NCBI RefSeq assembly: GCF_004010195.1
Contig: NC_057718.1
Span: 38,979,143-39,043,142 of the forward strand
From: Chiloscyllium plagiosum
Taxonomy: Eukaryota
Direction: 5' to 3'
Length of the DNA: 64,000 nucleotides
Shown one piece after another: positions 13,190 to 24,619 of this stretch (position 1 is the first letter of the stretch; the number at the start of each line of letters is the position of its first letter). A model generated the notes under the pieces. That model did not search any database, was not told the DNA's origin, and saw only the letters and a list, made by a program, of their open reading frames with translations. A program made the position numbers and the translations under genes.

Positions 13190-14940
13190 GTCAAAGACAG
13201 AAGTGGGAAGTTGAGTACGCACCCTGTGGAGATCGGGGAGGTGCTAAACGAACATTTCTCATCAGTTTTCACTCAGGAAAAGGAGAATATTGTAGAGGAG
13301 AAGAACGAGGTACGAGATATTAGACTAGAAAGGATTGAGGTTAGTTACGAACAGGTGTTATCAATTCTAGAAGGAATGAAAGTAGACAAGTCCCCTGGGT
13401 CGGATGGGATTTATCCGAGGCTTCTCTGGGAAGCTATGGAGGAGATAGTAGAGCCTTTGGCTTTGATACTTGAGTCGTCATTGTCTACAGGTTTGGTACC
13501 AGAGGACTGGAGGATTGCAAATGCTGTGCCCTCGTTCAAAAAGGACAGTAGAGATGACCCAGGTAATTATAGACCAGTGAGCCTTACTTCTGCTGTAGGA
13601 AAGGCTTTGGAAAGGATTATAAGAGATAAGATTTATAATCATCTAGCAAGCAACAATTTGATTTCAATAGTCATGTTTTCGTCAAGGGCAGGTCGTGTCT
13701 CACAAACCTCGTTGAGTTTTTTGAGAAGGTGACCAAGCATGTAGATGAGGGTAGGGCAGTTGACATGGTATAAATGGACTTCAGTAAAGCCTTTGATAAG
13801 GTTCCACATGGTAGACTGTTGAAAAAATGCAGAGGCATGGAATTGAGAGTGATTTAGCAGTTTGGATTAGAAACTGGCTTTCTGAAAGAAGGCAGCGAGT
13901 GGTGGATGATGGAAAACATTCAGCCTGGAGTCTGGTTACTAGTGGTGTGCCACAAGGGTCTGTTTTGGGACCACTGCTGTTTGTCATTTTTATAAATTAC
14001 TTAGACGCAGGCATAGGTGGATGGATTAGTAAATTTGCAGATGACACTAAAGTCGGTGGAGACGTGGACAGTGTGGAAGAATATTCCAGGTTGCAGGGGG
14101 ACTTGGATAAACTGCAGAATTGGGCTGAGAGGTGGCAAATGGAGTTCAATGCAGCTAAATGTGAGGCGATGCACTTTGGGAAGAATAACAGGAAGGCAGA
14201 GTACTGGGTCAATGGAAAGATTCTTGGTAGTGTGGATGTGCAGAGGGATCTTGGAGTCCATGTACATAGATCCTGAAAGTTGCCACCCAGGTGGATAGTG
14301 CCGTTAAGAAAACATACGGTGTGTTAAGTTTCATTCGTAGTGGGATTGAGTTCCGGAGCCGCAATATCATGCTGCAACTATACAAAATGCTGGTGCGGCC
14401 ACACTTGGGATATTGTGTACAGTTCTGGTCCCCATACTTCGGGAAGGATGTGGAAGCATTGGAAAGGATGCAGAGGAGATTTACCAGGATGTTGTCTGGT
14501 CTGGAGGGAAGGTCTTATGAAGAAAGGCTGAGAGACTTGAACCTGTTCTCATTGGCAAGAAGAAGGCTAAGTGGGGATTTTATAGAGACATACAAGATGA
14601 TCAGATGATCAGAGGATTAGATAGGGTAGACAGTGAAAGTCTTTTTCCTAGGTTGATGACATCAGCATGTATGAGGGGGCATAACTACAAATTGAGGCGT
14701 GATAGATTTAAGGCAGATGTCAGAGGCAAATTCTTTACGCAGAGAGTGGTAAGGGCGCGGAATGTCCTACCTGCTAATGTAATCAACTCAGCCACATTAG
14801 GGAGATTTAAACAATCCTTAGATAAGCACATGGATGATTTTGGGATAGTGTAGGGGAACGAGCTGAGAATAGTTCACAGGCCGGCGCAACACCGAGGGCC
14901 AAAGGGCCTGTTCTGCAATGTATTGTTCTATGTTTATGTT
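13190..14940 (+). mobile_element. 5'-truncated CR1 LINE (RT region and 3' tail), relatively young
   Basis: KSPGSDGIYPRLL, PGNYRPVSLTS, SGVPQGSVLGPLLF, KFADDTK, LVRPHLGYCVQFWSP; ends in a ttctatg-type tail; several frameshifts. Confidence 0.95.
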
Positions 14941-16602
14941 AAAATTGGGATGCCACGTAAACATGATACACTTTTTATTAATGTTTATTCATTTCTCATA
15001 TTTGAAACTGTACATAATTTTTTTTAAACTGGCATAACTTCAAGCAAACGTTGAAACCTGAATAGGAGCTATTAATATTTATACCATAGAAGGAGGCAAT
15101 TTGGCACATCATGTCTGTTTGTTTGAGAAAACCAGAAATAATTCCACTACTCTGCAGTTTTTTCCCCCATAGGTTTGTATATTTCTTTGCTTCAGAAATC
15201 TATTCATTTTTGTCAGAAATTATATAATGGTCTCTGCCTCAACCAACATTTGTGACAAAGCTGTTCATGCTCGGACAAAGTAACTATGGAATGTTTCTGC
15301 CCGTTCCTTTATGACAATCTTAAAACAATAACTTCTGTTGACTGACTCTCCAGCCGGGTGATATAATCTTATCATATTCATTCTACTGAATCCATTCATA
15401 ATTTTAAAAAAACTCTTAGTTTTTTTTCCTTCTCCAGTCCAGTGATAACAATGCCAGCGTCTAGAATTTCTCGTTGTTGTGATTCAACATCCTGTTGAAT
15501 TCTCATTTTATGCTTTATATGCTTTGATTTTCATATACTTTTAAACTAAATCATTTAATTTGTCATGAACCACTTTGGTCTTGTGTTTTGTGTTCCTACA
15601 ATACAAAGCACAACATTGTTGTCATGTTTTTTAGGCTTTACCTACGTATTAACATACTTTGCATGCTATGTATTTGAATGCCAAGGTCCAGCTGTTTGTC
15701 TACATTCTTCACAAGCCAAATAAACTCTTAACAGTATCTGTGGCAGTTGATTTCAACTAATTAAATTTATAAGATCAATAGTAGATTAATATATGGATGA
15801 TCACATTCCATCAAATGTATACTTCAGTTTCTGGATTTTCCTCCTAAATTGTAAATTCCTTGACTAAAATTGCAAAATATAAAATTGTGTTCATCAGTTC
15901 TAAAGCAAAATCATATTTGACCAGATGGGCCAGCATTTATTGTCAGTAATTGCTCTGAGTGGTGGTGAGCTGGTTTCTTGTTTTACTGAATTCCATGTGT
16001 ATAGGTACACCCATAGTGTTGATGCCTAGGCTGATCCAGAATTGGTGATGAAGAAACACCAATACATTCTAAGTCAGGATGGTCTGTGACTTGAAGGAGA
16101 GCTTGCAAGTGGTGGGTTGCCACACCTGCTGCTTTTGTTCTCCGAGGTGGTAGAGATTTCAGATTTGGAAGAGGATGTCAATATCACCCTGACAAATTAT
16201 TGCAATATGTTGGAACTAAATGAATTGCCATTTTGGTAAATATGGGTAAATTAGAGAAAGCCAGCGCAGGTTGTTAGACCATAAGACCATAAGATACGGG
16301 AGCAGAATTAGGCTGTATGTCCCATCGAGTCTACTCCACCAGGTTGAGGTAAACCCATGCTCAATGATCTTGTTCATTGACTTTAGTCAAGTAGATTCGG
16401 TCCTTGATCCCACGGGGGCATCTATCTCCCCGGCACTGCAGTGCTGTCATTTCTTCAGGTGATGCTCGATCCCTATCTGCCAGCTAGTTCAGACTGCAGC
16501 GACTGACACCAACATAGTGCAATTTGAATAAGTCAAAGGCCGTCTATAGCCTTCTATCAGGTGTGCTGAAGTATTATAAAAATTCTACATGGTTTGAGTG
16601 AT

Positions 16603-16826
16603 TGTAATGAGGTCAACCAGGTGGACTTTATAGAATATGAGTTCCCTCATTGTGGCTGTTTATCTGGTCCAATCAGGGAGCCCTGGCTGACAGATAAGAA
16701 CAGGAGTGTCAGACATTCTGTTCACTCTGACAGCTGGCTCTGTGGGAATTAGATCAGTGTCAAAGACTCTCCACATGTAAATAAAGGGTGACTTGATGGG
16801 ATACTAGTCTCTGTGGATTTATTTAA
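16603..16826 (+). mobile_element. Probable short solo LTR
   Basis: Starts TGTAAT; CCAAT box, GATAAGAA TATA-like motif and AATAAA in the expected order. 3' CA and TSD not clean. Confidence 0.45.
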
Positions 16827-17149
16827 ATAGGAGCCCTAAGACTGCAAACAAGTAGTCTAGATGAGGCATCATAGAATGCATAAAAGTTTATTTATTTTTC
16901 TGTGGAAGATGGCATGATTTATTTTTAAATCTGGATTTCAATATATATTTTATATTGGCTTTTGTATTTGCATCATGAGTAAGAGGCCCAAATAATTGTC
17001 AGAAACAGGAAATGTAAGGAATGTAGACTTGTTGAATCGTGATTGGAATTAAGGGTATTGTATTCTTCATTATTTATTGTGCAGTTAGGCAGGCCCTTTC
17101 TATCTGAGATCCAAGTTGCAGCCTCCTTTCCTCTTTGTCCTCTTCTACC

Positions 17150-17727
17150 TCCACCTCCTCATGCTCCGTTGCTTCTTGCCTTTGATGTTAAGGGTGAGTT
17201 CCTCATGATGGCAAGGTTCTGCAGCATACAGCACACAGCATACTGCAACAAATCTCAAGATCCGTTCAGCCATAAACTGCAGAGCTCTTACAGATTAGTC
17301 CAAGCAGTGGAATTGCTGATTCTGAACACTTTGTTACTACAGCATGGCCTTCTGCAGAAAAAATGAGACGTATTACCAGCAGATAGCTTTTTATTTGCTG
17401 TGTTGAAATAGAGCTGACATAGAGGGTTACTGCAGAGTTATAATTGCTACTAGAATATCAACCATTGACTTGTGCTATCAGTGTTCACACATTTGTTATC
17501 CAGGGAAGGAGAAAAATTCCTCTTCAGTACACTGTAGAGTTGACATAAAGTGAATTGAAACAATATCCATGCAGTTAATGTCAATGAGCTCCATAAGAAA
17601 AGTTACTGCTTTTGCAAGCATCTTTACTTTCTCTATCATTTCTCTGTGGAGTAAGGCAGGTGATGAAGTTGTCCCTCCTGGGGCGGAAAGCCTCATTGAT
17701 CTTTTTGCAGTTATAGCTACTGCTGGA
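17150..17727 (-). mobile_element. PIF/Harbinger transposase fossil, C-terminal part
   Basis: Minus-strand pieces NCKKINEAFRPRRDNFIT, LAKAVTFLMELIDINCMDIV (~FARIAGFPMVQGAIDCTHV), AQVNG*YSSSNY (~QVNARYPGSSHD), QFHCLD*SVRALQ...VCCMLQNLAIMR. Confidence 0.8.
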
Positions 17728-17839
17728 GAAATAGAGTTATACAGCTCGGAAATAGAACTCGGTCCAAATCACCCGTGCTGACCAGATATACTAAACTGAT
17801 AAGTCCCATTTGCTAGCATTTGGCTCATATTCCTCTAAA
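17728..17839 (-). mobile_element. CR1 3' tail (probable continuation of 21686-22368)
   Basis: Reverse complement resembles the CR1 3' UTR at 50920-51033. Confidence 0.7.
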
Positions 17840-17934
17840 GAGGAGAAAGTGAGGTCTGCAGATGCTGGAGATCAAAGTTGAAACTTTATTGCTGGAACAG
17901 TACAGCAGGTCAGGCAGCATCCAGGGAACAGGAG

Positions 17935-17970
17935 ATTCGACGTTTCGGGCACAGGCCCTTCCTCAGGAAT
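17935..17970 (-). ncRNA. Minimal type-I hammerhead ribozyme motif (intact core)
   Basis: AUUC-CUGAGGA-A-GGGC(CUGU)GCCC-GAAAC-GUC-GAAU: stem I AUUC/GAAU, 4-bp stem II, palindromic ACGU stem III, GUC site. Confidence 0.8.
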
Positions 17971-18533
17971 GAGCAGAGAGTGTTCAGCAGGAGAAGATAA
18001 AAGGTAGGGAGGAGGGACTTGGAGGAGGGGCGTTGGAAATGTGATAGGTGGAAAGAGGGCAAGGTGAGGGTGATAGGTCGGAGTAGGATGGAGGCGGAGA
18101 GGCCAAGAAGAAGACTGCAGGTCAGGAAGGCGGTGCCGGGCTGGAGGGATCCGGCTGAGACAAGGTGGGGGGAGGGGGGATGAAGAAACTGGTGAAATCC
18201 AAGTTCATCCCCTGTGGTTGGAGGGTTCCCAGTCGGAAGATAAGACGCTCCTCCTCCGACCGCCGGGTTGTTGTGGTTTGGCGGTGGATGAGTCCAATGA
18301 CCTGCATATCCTCGGTGGAGTAGGAGGGGGAGTTGAAATGCTGTGCTACAGGGTGATTGGGTTGGTTCGTCCGGGTGGCCCAGAGGTGCTCTCTGAATCG
18401 CTCCGCAAGTAGGCGGCCTGTCTCCCCAATATAGAGGAGGCCACACCGGCTGCAGCGGATGCAGTAGATGATGTGGGTGGAGGTGCAAGTGAATCTGTGG
18501 CGGATATGGAAGTTTCCTTTGGGGACTTGGAGA

Positions 18534-19352
18534 NNNNNNNNNNNNNNNNNNNNNNNNNNNNNNNNNNNNNNNNNNNNNNNNNNNNNNNNNNNNNNNNNNN
18601 NNNNNNNNNNNNNNNNNNNNNNNNNNNNNNNNNNNNNNNNNNNNNNNNNNNNNNNNNNNNNNNNNNNNNNNNNNNNNNNNNNNNNNNNNNNNNNNNNNNN
18701 NNNNNNNNNNNNNNNNNNNNNNNNNNNNNNNNNNNNNNNNNNNNNNNNNNNNNNNNNNNNNNNNNNNNNNNNNNNNNNNNNNNNNNNNNNNNNNNNNNNN
18801 NNNNNNNNNNNNNNNNNNNNNNNNNNNNNNNNNNNNNNNNNNNNNNNNNNNNNNNNNNNNNNNNNNNNNNNNNNNNNNNNNNNNNNNNNNNNNNNNNNNN
18901 NNNNNNNNNNNNNNNNNNNNNNNNNNNNNNNNNNNNNNNNNNNNNNNNNNNNNNNNNNNNNNNNNNNNNNNNNNNNNNNNNNNNNNNNNNNNNNNNNNNN
19001 NNNNNNNNNNNNNNNNNNNNNNNNNNNNNNNNNNNNNNNNNNNNNNNNNNNNNNNNNNNNNNNNNNNNNNNNNNNNNNNNNNNNNNNNNNNNNNNNNNNN
19101 NNNNNNNNNNNNNNNNNNNNNNNNNNNNNNNNNNNNNNNNNNNNNNNNNNNNNNNNNNNNNNNNNNNNNNNNNNNNNNNNNNNNNNNNNNNNNNNNNNNN
19201 NNNNNNNNNNNNNNNNNNNNNNNNNNNNNNNNNNNNNNNNNNNNNNNNNNNNNNNNNNNNNNNNNNNNNNNNNNNNNNNNNNNNNNNNNNNNNNNNNNNN
19301 NNNNNNNNNNNNNNNNNNNNNNNNNNNNNNNNNNNNNNNNNNNNNNNNNNNN
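18534..19352. other. Assembly gap (819 N)
   Basis: Run of n characters. Confidence 1.
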
Positions 19353-19869
19353 AAGGGGAGGGAGGAGTCCGAGATTGTCCAGGTGAATTTGAGGTCGGGG
19401 TGGAAGGTGTTAGTGTAGTGGATGAACTGTTCAACCTCCTCGTGGGAGCACGAGGTAGGGCCGATACAGTCATCAATGTAGCGGAGGAAAAGATGGGGGG
19501 TGGGGCCAGTGTATTTGCGGAAGATGGATTGTTCCACATACCCTACGAAGAGGCAGGCATAGCTGGGGCCCATGCGGGTGCCCATGGCTACTCCTTTGTT
19601 TGGAGAAAGTGGGAGGATTGGAAAGAAAAGTTGTTCAGGGTGAGGACCAGTTCGGTCAGTCGAAGGAGGGTGTCGGTGGAAGGGTACTGGGTGGTACGGC
19701 GGGAAAGGAAGAAGCGGAGTGCTTTGAGTCCTTCGTGATGGGGGATGGAGGTGTACGGCGGGAAAGGAAGAAGCGGAGTGCTTTGAGTCCTTCGTGATGG
19801 GGGATGGAGGTGCTTTGAGTCCTTCGTGATGGGGGATGGAGGTGAACCCCACTGGTCCTCACCTACCAC

Positions 19870-20275
19870 CCCACCAATCTCCATGTGACGATCGATGATA
19901 CAAATATCTCAGCAAGAGGCCCAGCAATCACTTCTTTAGCTTCCCACAGAGTTCTCCGGTACACCTGATCAGGTCCTGGGGATTCATCCACCTTTAACCG
20001 TTTCAAGACATCCAGCACTTCCTCCTCTGTAATCTGGACAGTTTGAAAGATGTCACCATCTATTTCCCTACAGTCTATATCTTCCATAGCCTTTTCCACA
20101 GTAAATATTGATGCAAAATATTCATTTAGTATCTCCCCCATTTTCCGTGGCTCCACATAAAGGCCGCCTTGCTGATCTTTGAGGGGCCCTATTCTCTCCC
20201 TAGTTACCCTTTTGTCCTTAATATATTTGTAAAAACCTTTTGGATTCTCCTTAATTCTATTTGCCAAAGCTATTT
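19870..20275 (-). mobile_element. CR1 ORF2 internal fragment
   Basis: ALANRIKENPKGFYKYIKDKRVTRERIGPLKD...LNEYFASIFT...SPGPDQVY. Confidence 0.9.
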
Positions 20276-20279
20276 GCAA

Positions 20280-21688
20280 AGGCTCCTTATCAATTAGATG
20301 CAACTCCAGCAAAAGGGCTACATCAGCCTTTTTTTTTAAGACTTGATTAGTATCTTTTTCCTTTTAATTGGCAAGTGGCTCCCTTTAACATTCTAGGTGC
20401 ACCATTTAAACAAATGGATAGCCATGATCATTCAAGAAAGTCCGAGACCCCCCCAGGAGGAAGAACACCACTTAAAAAGCATTGAGTAGAGACCGTAAAC
20501 ACTTTACATAAATTTTAAAATACAACTTTTGAAACAACTATATCAAAACTACTAAGAACTACTCCTAAGAAATGATAATATAAGACATAACTAAAAGGAC
20601 ACTTTCCCCCTTATTTACAGGGGGCACTCCTACCATCCAATAATCCCATCATGACTCCTTCCAGCTAGAGCCATGCCCATGGCCCAGACATCACAAAGTA
20701 AGATAAACAAATACCAATGTCTTAATACAGAAATTAAAAGTGGGCAACTAACCCTCCATATTATTACCCTGGGCATTCTTAACGAAGCAGCAACATGAAA
20801 TAAAATATATAAAATTAAAATCCCAGCAAATATTAAGGGAAAACTCAAAAACATCCCCCTACAACCAGATAAACCAAGCAAGTTATAAATAAGAGTTAAA
20901 AGAAAGAACCCCCCCCCAAGGAAGGATGAAAGAGAGTTTGGGGGAAAGAGGAGGAAAATAGGAGTAAAATAAAGTAATTGTCTATATAGTTCAAGTCCTT
21001 CAGTCTATTGGAGAGCATCCAAAAACTCTTTTGCTTTTTTTGGCGATCCAAAGTTATACACAGACCCTCAGTAACTGAAGCTCAGCGTTGCCAGATATCC
21101 CATGGAATACTGAATATTTAAATCCCTCAGACGCTTTACCTCATCAAACACCTTCCTCTTGCATACTACAACCGGAGAGAGGTCCTGGAACAGCATTATT
21201 TTGGATCCCTTGTGTGCCATAGCTTGGGGTTCCTTCCCCAAAGTTCTGGAGGTCTCCAGCAAAATTTGCTTTGCTGGAGTCGCACTAGGAACGGGCGGGG
21301 GCGTTCGTCTGACCCGGGCTTGTGAACAGCAACTTGACGGGCCCGCTCGACCCGCACTCGGCCTAACTCAGACTCTAGTTTCAGCAGTTATGGGAGCCAT
21401 TGCTCCAAAATGTCAACAAGCTGGCCTTCCTCCTCCCGTTCGGGAAGCCCAGCAATCGAAAATTCTTCTGGCCACCTACCTGTTGCGAACTCTGTGATCC
21501 TTTACCTTTAGTAATTTTAGAATGTACCAAACTGCCAAAGTTTGGTGCAAAATGACTATAGCAACTGGGAAAAAAGCTATTTTTAATAGTTTAAAAACTG
21601 AGGGGAAGGTAGGTACCCCACTTTGTGTCCTGGGCAGAGCTCAGCAAACTCAGACCTATTGGGTTGCTGCCATCTTGAATCATCTCCC
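20280..21688 (-). mobile_element. 5' portion of an L1-clade LINE (5' UTR, internally deleted ORF1, spacer, start of ORF2)
   Basis: 5' end aagatggc motif; ORF1 C-terminus GSKIMLFQDLSPVVVCKRKVFDEVKRLRDLNIQYS...FGSPKKAKEFLD; ORF2 ATG at 20425 giving MAIHLFKWCT*NVKGSHLPIKRKKIL...ADVALLLELHL (APE N-terminus). Confidence 0.8.
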
Positions 21689-22368
21689 CTCAGGTCCCTT
21701 TTAAGTCTTTTCCCTCTCACCTTAAACCTATACCCTCTAGTTTTGGATTCCCCCACCCTAGGAAAAAGACCTTGGCTATCCATGTCTTCATGATTTTATA
21801 AACCTCTATAAGGTCACCCCTCAGCCTTTGATGCATCAGTAAGAATAGTTCCAGCCTCTTCCTGTAGCTCAAACCCTCTAACCCCAGCAACATTTTGTAA
21901 ATCTTTTCTGAAACCTTTTCAAGTTTACCAACATCTTTCCTGCAACAGGGAGACCAGAATTGAATGTAGTATTCTAAAAGTGGCCTAACCAATGTCCTGT
22001 ACAGCTGCAACATGACATCCCACTTCTACACCCAATATACTGACCAATCAAATGCATCCTCCACCACCCTGTCTACCTGCCACTTTCAAGGAACTATGCA
22101 CCTGCAGCCCTAGAGCTCTTTTTTTCAGCAACACTCTGCAGGGCCCGACTATTAAATGTATAAGTCCTGCCCTGATTTGCCTTTTCAAAATGCAGCACCT
22201 CATGTTTATCTAAATTTAACTCCATCTGCCACTTCTTGGCCTATTGACCCATCTGATCAAGGTTCCAATGTATTCTGAGATAACCTTCTTCACAATACCT
22301 CTAATTTTGGTGTCATCTGCAAACTTACTAACCAATCATTTATACAAATAATGAAAAGTAGTGGACCC
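21686..22368 (-). mobile_element. CR1 3' ORF2 fragment
   Basis: KFADDTK and MLQLYRTLVRPLLEYYIQFWSP...RLRGDLIEVYKIM. Confidence 0.9.
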
Positions 22369-22399
22369 TGCAGCTCTTAAGAGAAGTCAGGTCTTTAGC

Positions 22400-22700
22400 A
22401 GTTAAGAGCTGCAATCACTTGGACAACCAGAGGCAATGTAGTTGGCGCCAAGATGTGAGCTTGGAGTCATGGCTGCAGCAATTGGCAGATTGTGAACAGT
22501 CCTTGGTGAAGCATAGACGTCGTAAGGGAATATCATCATTGAACTTTGGGTAGAAACATTCCTCCTTCGATACTCTGTGTGGAAGTGGACAGCTATGTAG
22601 ATACCTTCGACTCCTGCTCTTCCTTCCATTTATTGCAGCTTGTCTTGCTCTGCATGGGCTTCTTCATTCTCTCAGAGATGCTTATCCCCAGGAAGAAATC
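22400..22700 (-). mobile_element. PIF/Harbinger transposase fossil, N-terminal part
   Basis: PLRRLCFTKD / TICQLLQP*LQAHILAPTTLPLVVQVIAALN, matching the HARBI-type LRRLRFTKE..EICQLLQP...ALPVAVKVTAALN. Confidence 0.8.
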
Positions 22701-22795
22701 TAATGAGCACAGACTCTGTTTGGAACAATTCGTCCATGCAGAAATCTTTCTAAATCAGTTCCTTGCCGCACAGTTTTCAGCACATCATTGAAACT

Positions 22796-23463
22796 TGTAA
22801 CGACATGGAAAAGATTCACCCTGTGCTGTAATCTGTTACAATTCGAGAGGCAAAGAGCTATCCTAGAGATCACTATTTAAAGTAAAAATTAACAACTTTA
22901 TTCTTTAAGTCCAACAGAGAATAGTAAAACCAGCAACTATTTACAATTCCTTTCTCTTACCCCTATATTTTACTTCCCACTCTACAATACTAATCTGATA
23001 AAGAAAAATCCCAATTAAGATTTACATAATAATTCAACTTTCCAAAACCGTCAGCTGTCGAATCTTCTCTTTGTATCTTCCTCTGCAGATTTTCCTTTGT
23101 CGTCTTTTTGATGTTCTGCTATGCCTTTGAGAAAGCTGTTCTGCCAAGCCACCAACAAGTACAGATTGCCAGCAGTTCTCCGCCTAACTGTATTCAAAAT
23201 ATCTGATTTTTATACCCCAAAACTTCAGATTGTTTCACAGATTTTAATATTATCAAAATACTAAAATCTAATTTGATTGGATTTTGGCATCTTAAGGCAT
23301 AATTTAAACTGATTGGCTGAATTTGAATTTGTTTATGTATCATGGCAACCCATCTGCTGCTATTTGTTTCAACCAAGCGTTACATTGTTACCTTATTCAG
23401 AATTCTTTGTGGCTCTCTAAGGCTGTGCCAGCTTGTGGTGTACTCTTCTACACCTTCATAACA
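22796..23463 (-). mobile_element. Probable solo LTR (~668 bp)
   Basis: TGTAAC...ATAACA termini, flanks aact/aatt (4-bp TSD, 1 mismatch), AATAAA on the minus strand near 22900. Confidence 0.55.
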
Positions 23464-24619
23464 AATTGTAAACAATCTTGAAAAGCACCGAAATTTGTAG
23501 AAGTATAATGATGTTCAGAAATAAAAGATCAACCAACTTGTAGGTAGTTGATCGCTTTACTTTGCATTATTGGGGAATCGACATGCTGCTCATCATAGTG
23601 TTCATTTGTATGAGTGTAAGAATGGGTTGGAGTATACAGCATTGTCATCAAATCAGATTGCACACAAGTGTCATGATCATCTCAACTAACTCCTGGAATG
23701 TTAGACATGAGTATATGCTGTATCCCCATTCTCAAATATGTTGATGGGTGTCTTTCTGTTTGAAATCAAATGTACATTGCTGATTCCATTTTGGTTGCTT
23801 GAGCAACCTCATACTGTCCAAAAATGGGCACTACGGTGCCTTCCTTTGGCTTTCCCTAAAAATTCTGTCAAAAATTGTTATTGGTCAGCAAGTAGCAAAC
23901 ATTTTCAAAGAGGGATGGGAGCTTCTTTCACAGTATTGCACACAATTGAGAACTTGCAGATGTTCAAGTCCATAATCAAAATAAATGTAAACATAGCTTG
24001 ACGACAAACAATCATGCGTTTATTTGTGTTACTTATTTAACATCAGTATTCTACTGTACTTTGAGATGGGAAAATTAGAAAGTGATGATCACTGATGAAT
24101 AAAAAGAACTGCAGATGGCGATGAAGCCACATTGCTGTGATCTTTCATGAGCTCAAATGGTCCATAATTGGTATTAAGTGTTTTACCTTCAGTGAATAAA
24201 AGAACATTAGAAAATTCCTTTCACCTGGACCTGTTATTTAAATTCTCTGATCATTCTATTCTAGGTTTTGAAATCCAAGTATAAAATTTTGCAGCAGTTG
24301 CAGAGATCAGCTGTGCTGTTATGAATGTTTGGAAGGAACTGGAGAGAAACAATATTTCAGTCTTTTAAATTTCAAGCTTGCATAAATTCTGCAGCTTTCT
24401 GGGAAACAAAATCTGTGCAGACAGCTCACTAACATGATTTAGGTGTTATTTTGTGTGTCTGTCCATGTAGCACCTTCTCTAGGAGTGCAGTTTCCAGGAA
24501 AGTGGAAAGACGTTTTTTTCCCTATAATTGCATCCCACTTTGCAATGGAACGAAGTTGTTTTAAAGCACACACTAATCAGTTTTAAAAAAAAAAAATTAA
24601 TGCGTGTATGTGAATGGTA

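Larger units (their letters stand above)
17840..19844 (-). mobile_element. Penelope-like element, family A (RT + GIY-YIG endonuclease), 5'-truncated, spans assembly gap
   Basis: GVAMGTRMGPSYACLFVGYVEQ, FLRYIDDCIG (RT) and IIYCIRCSRCGLLYIGETGRLLAERFREH (GIY-YIG); hammerhead motif in the 3' terminal repeat. Confidence 0.95.

Noticed and set aside
18122..19852. 576-aa and other long ORFs in the track
   Set aside because: Their length comes from the N gap; the real parts are Penelope RT/GIY-YIG.
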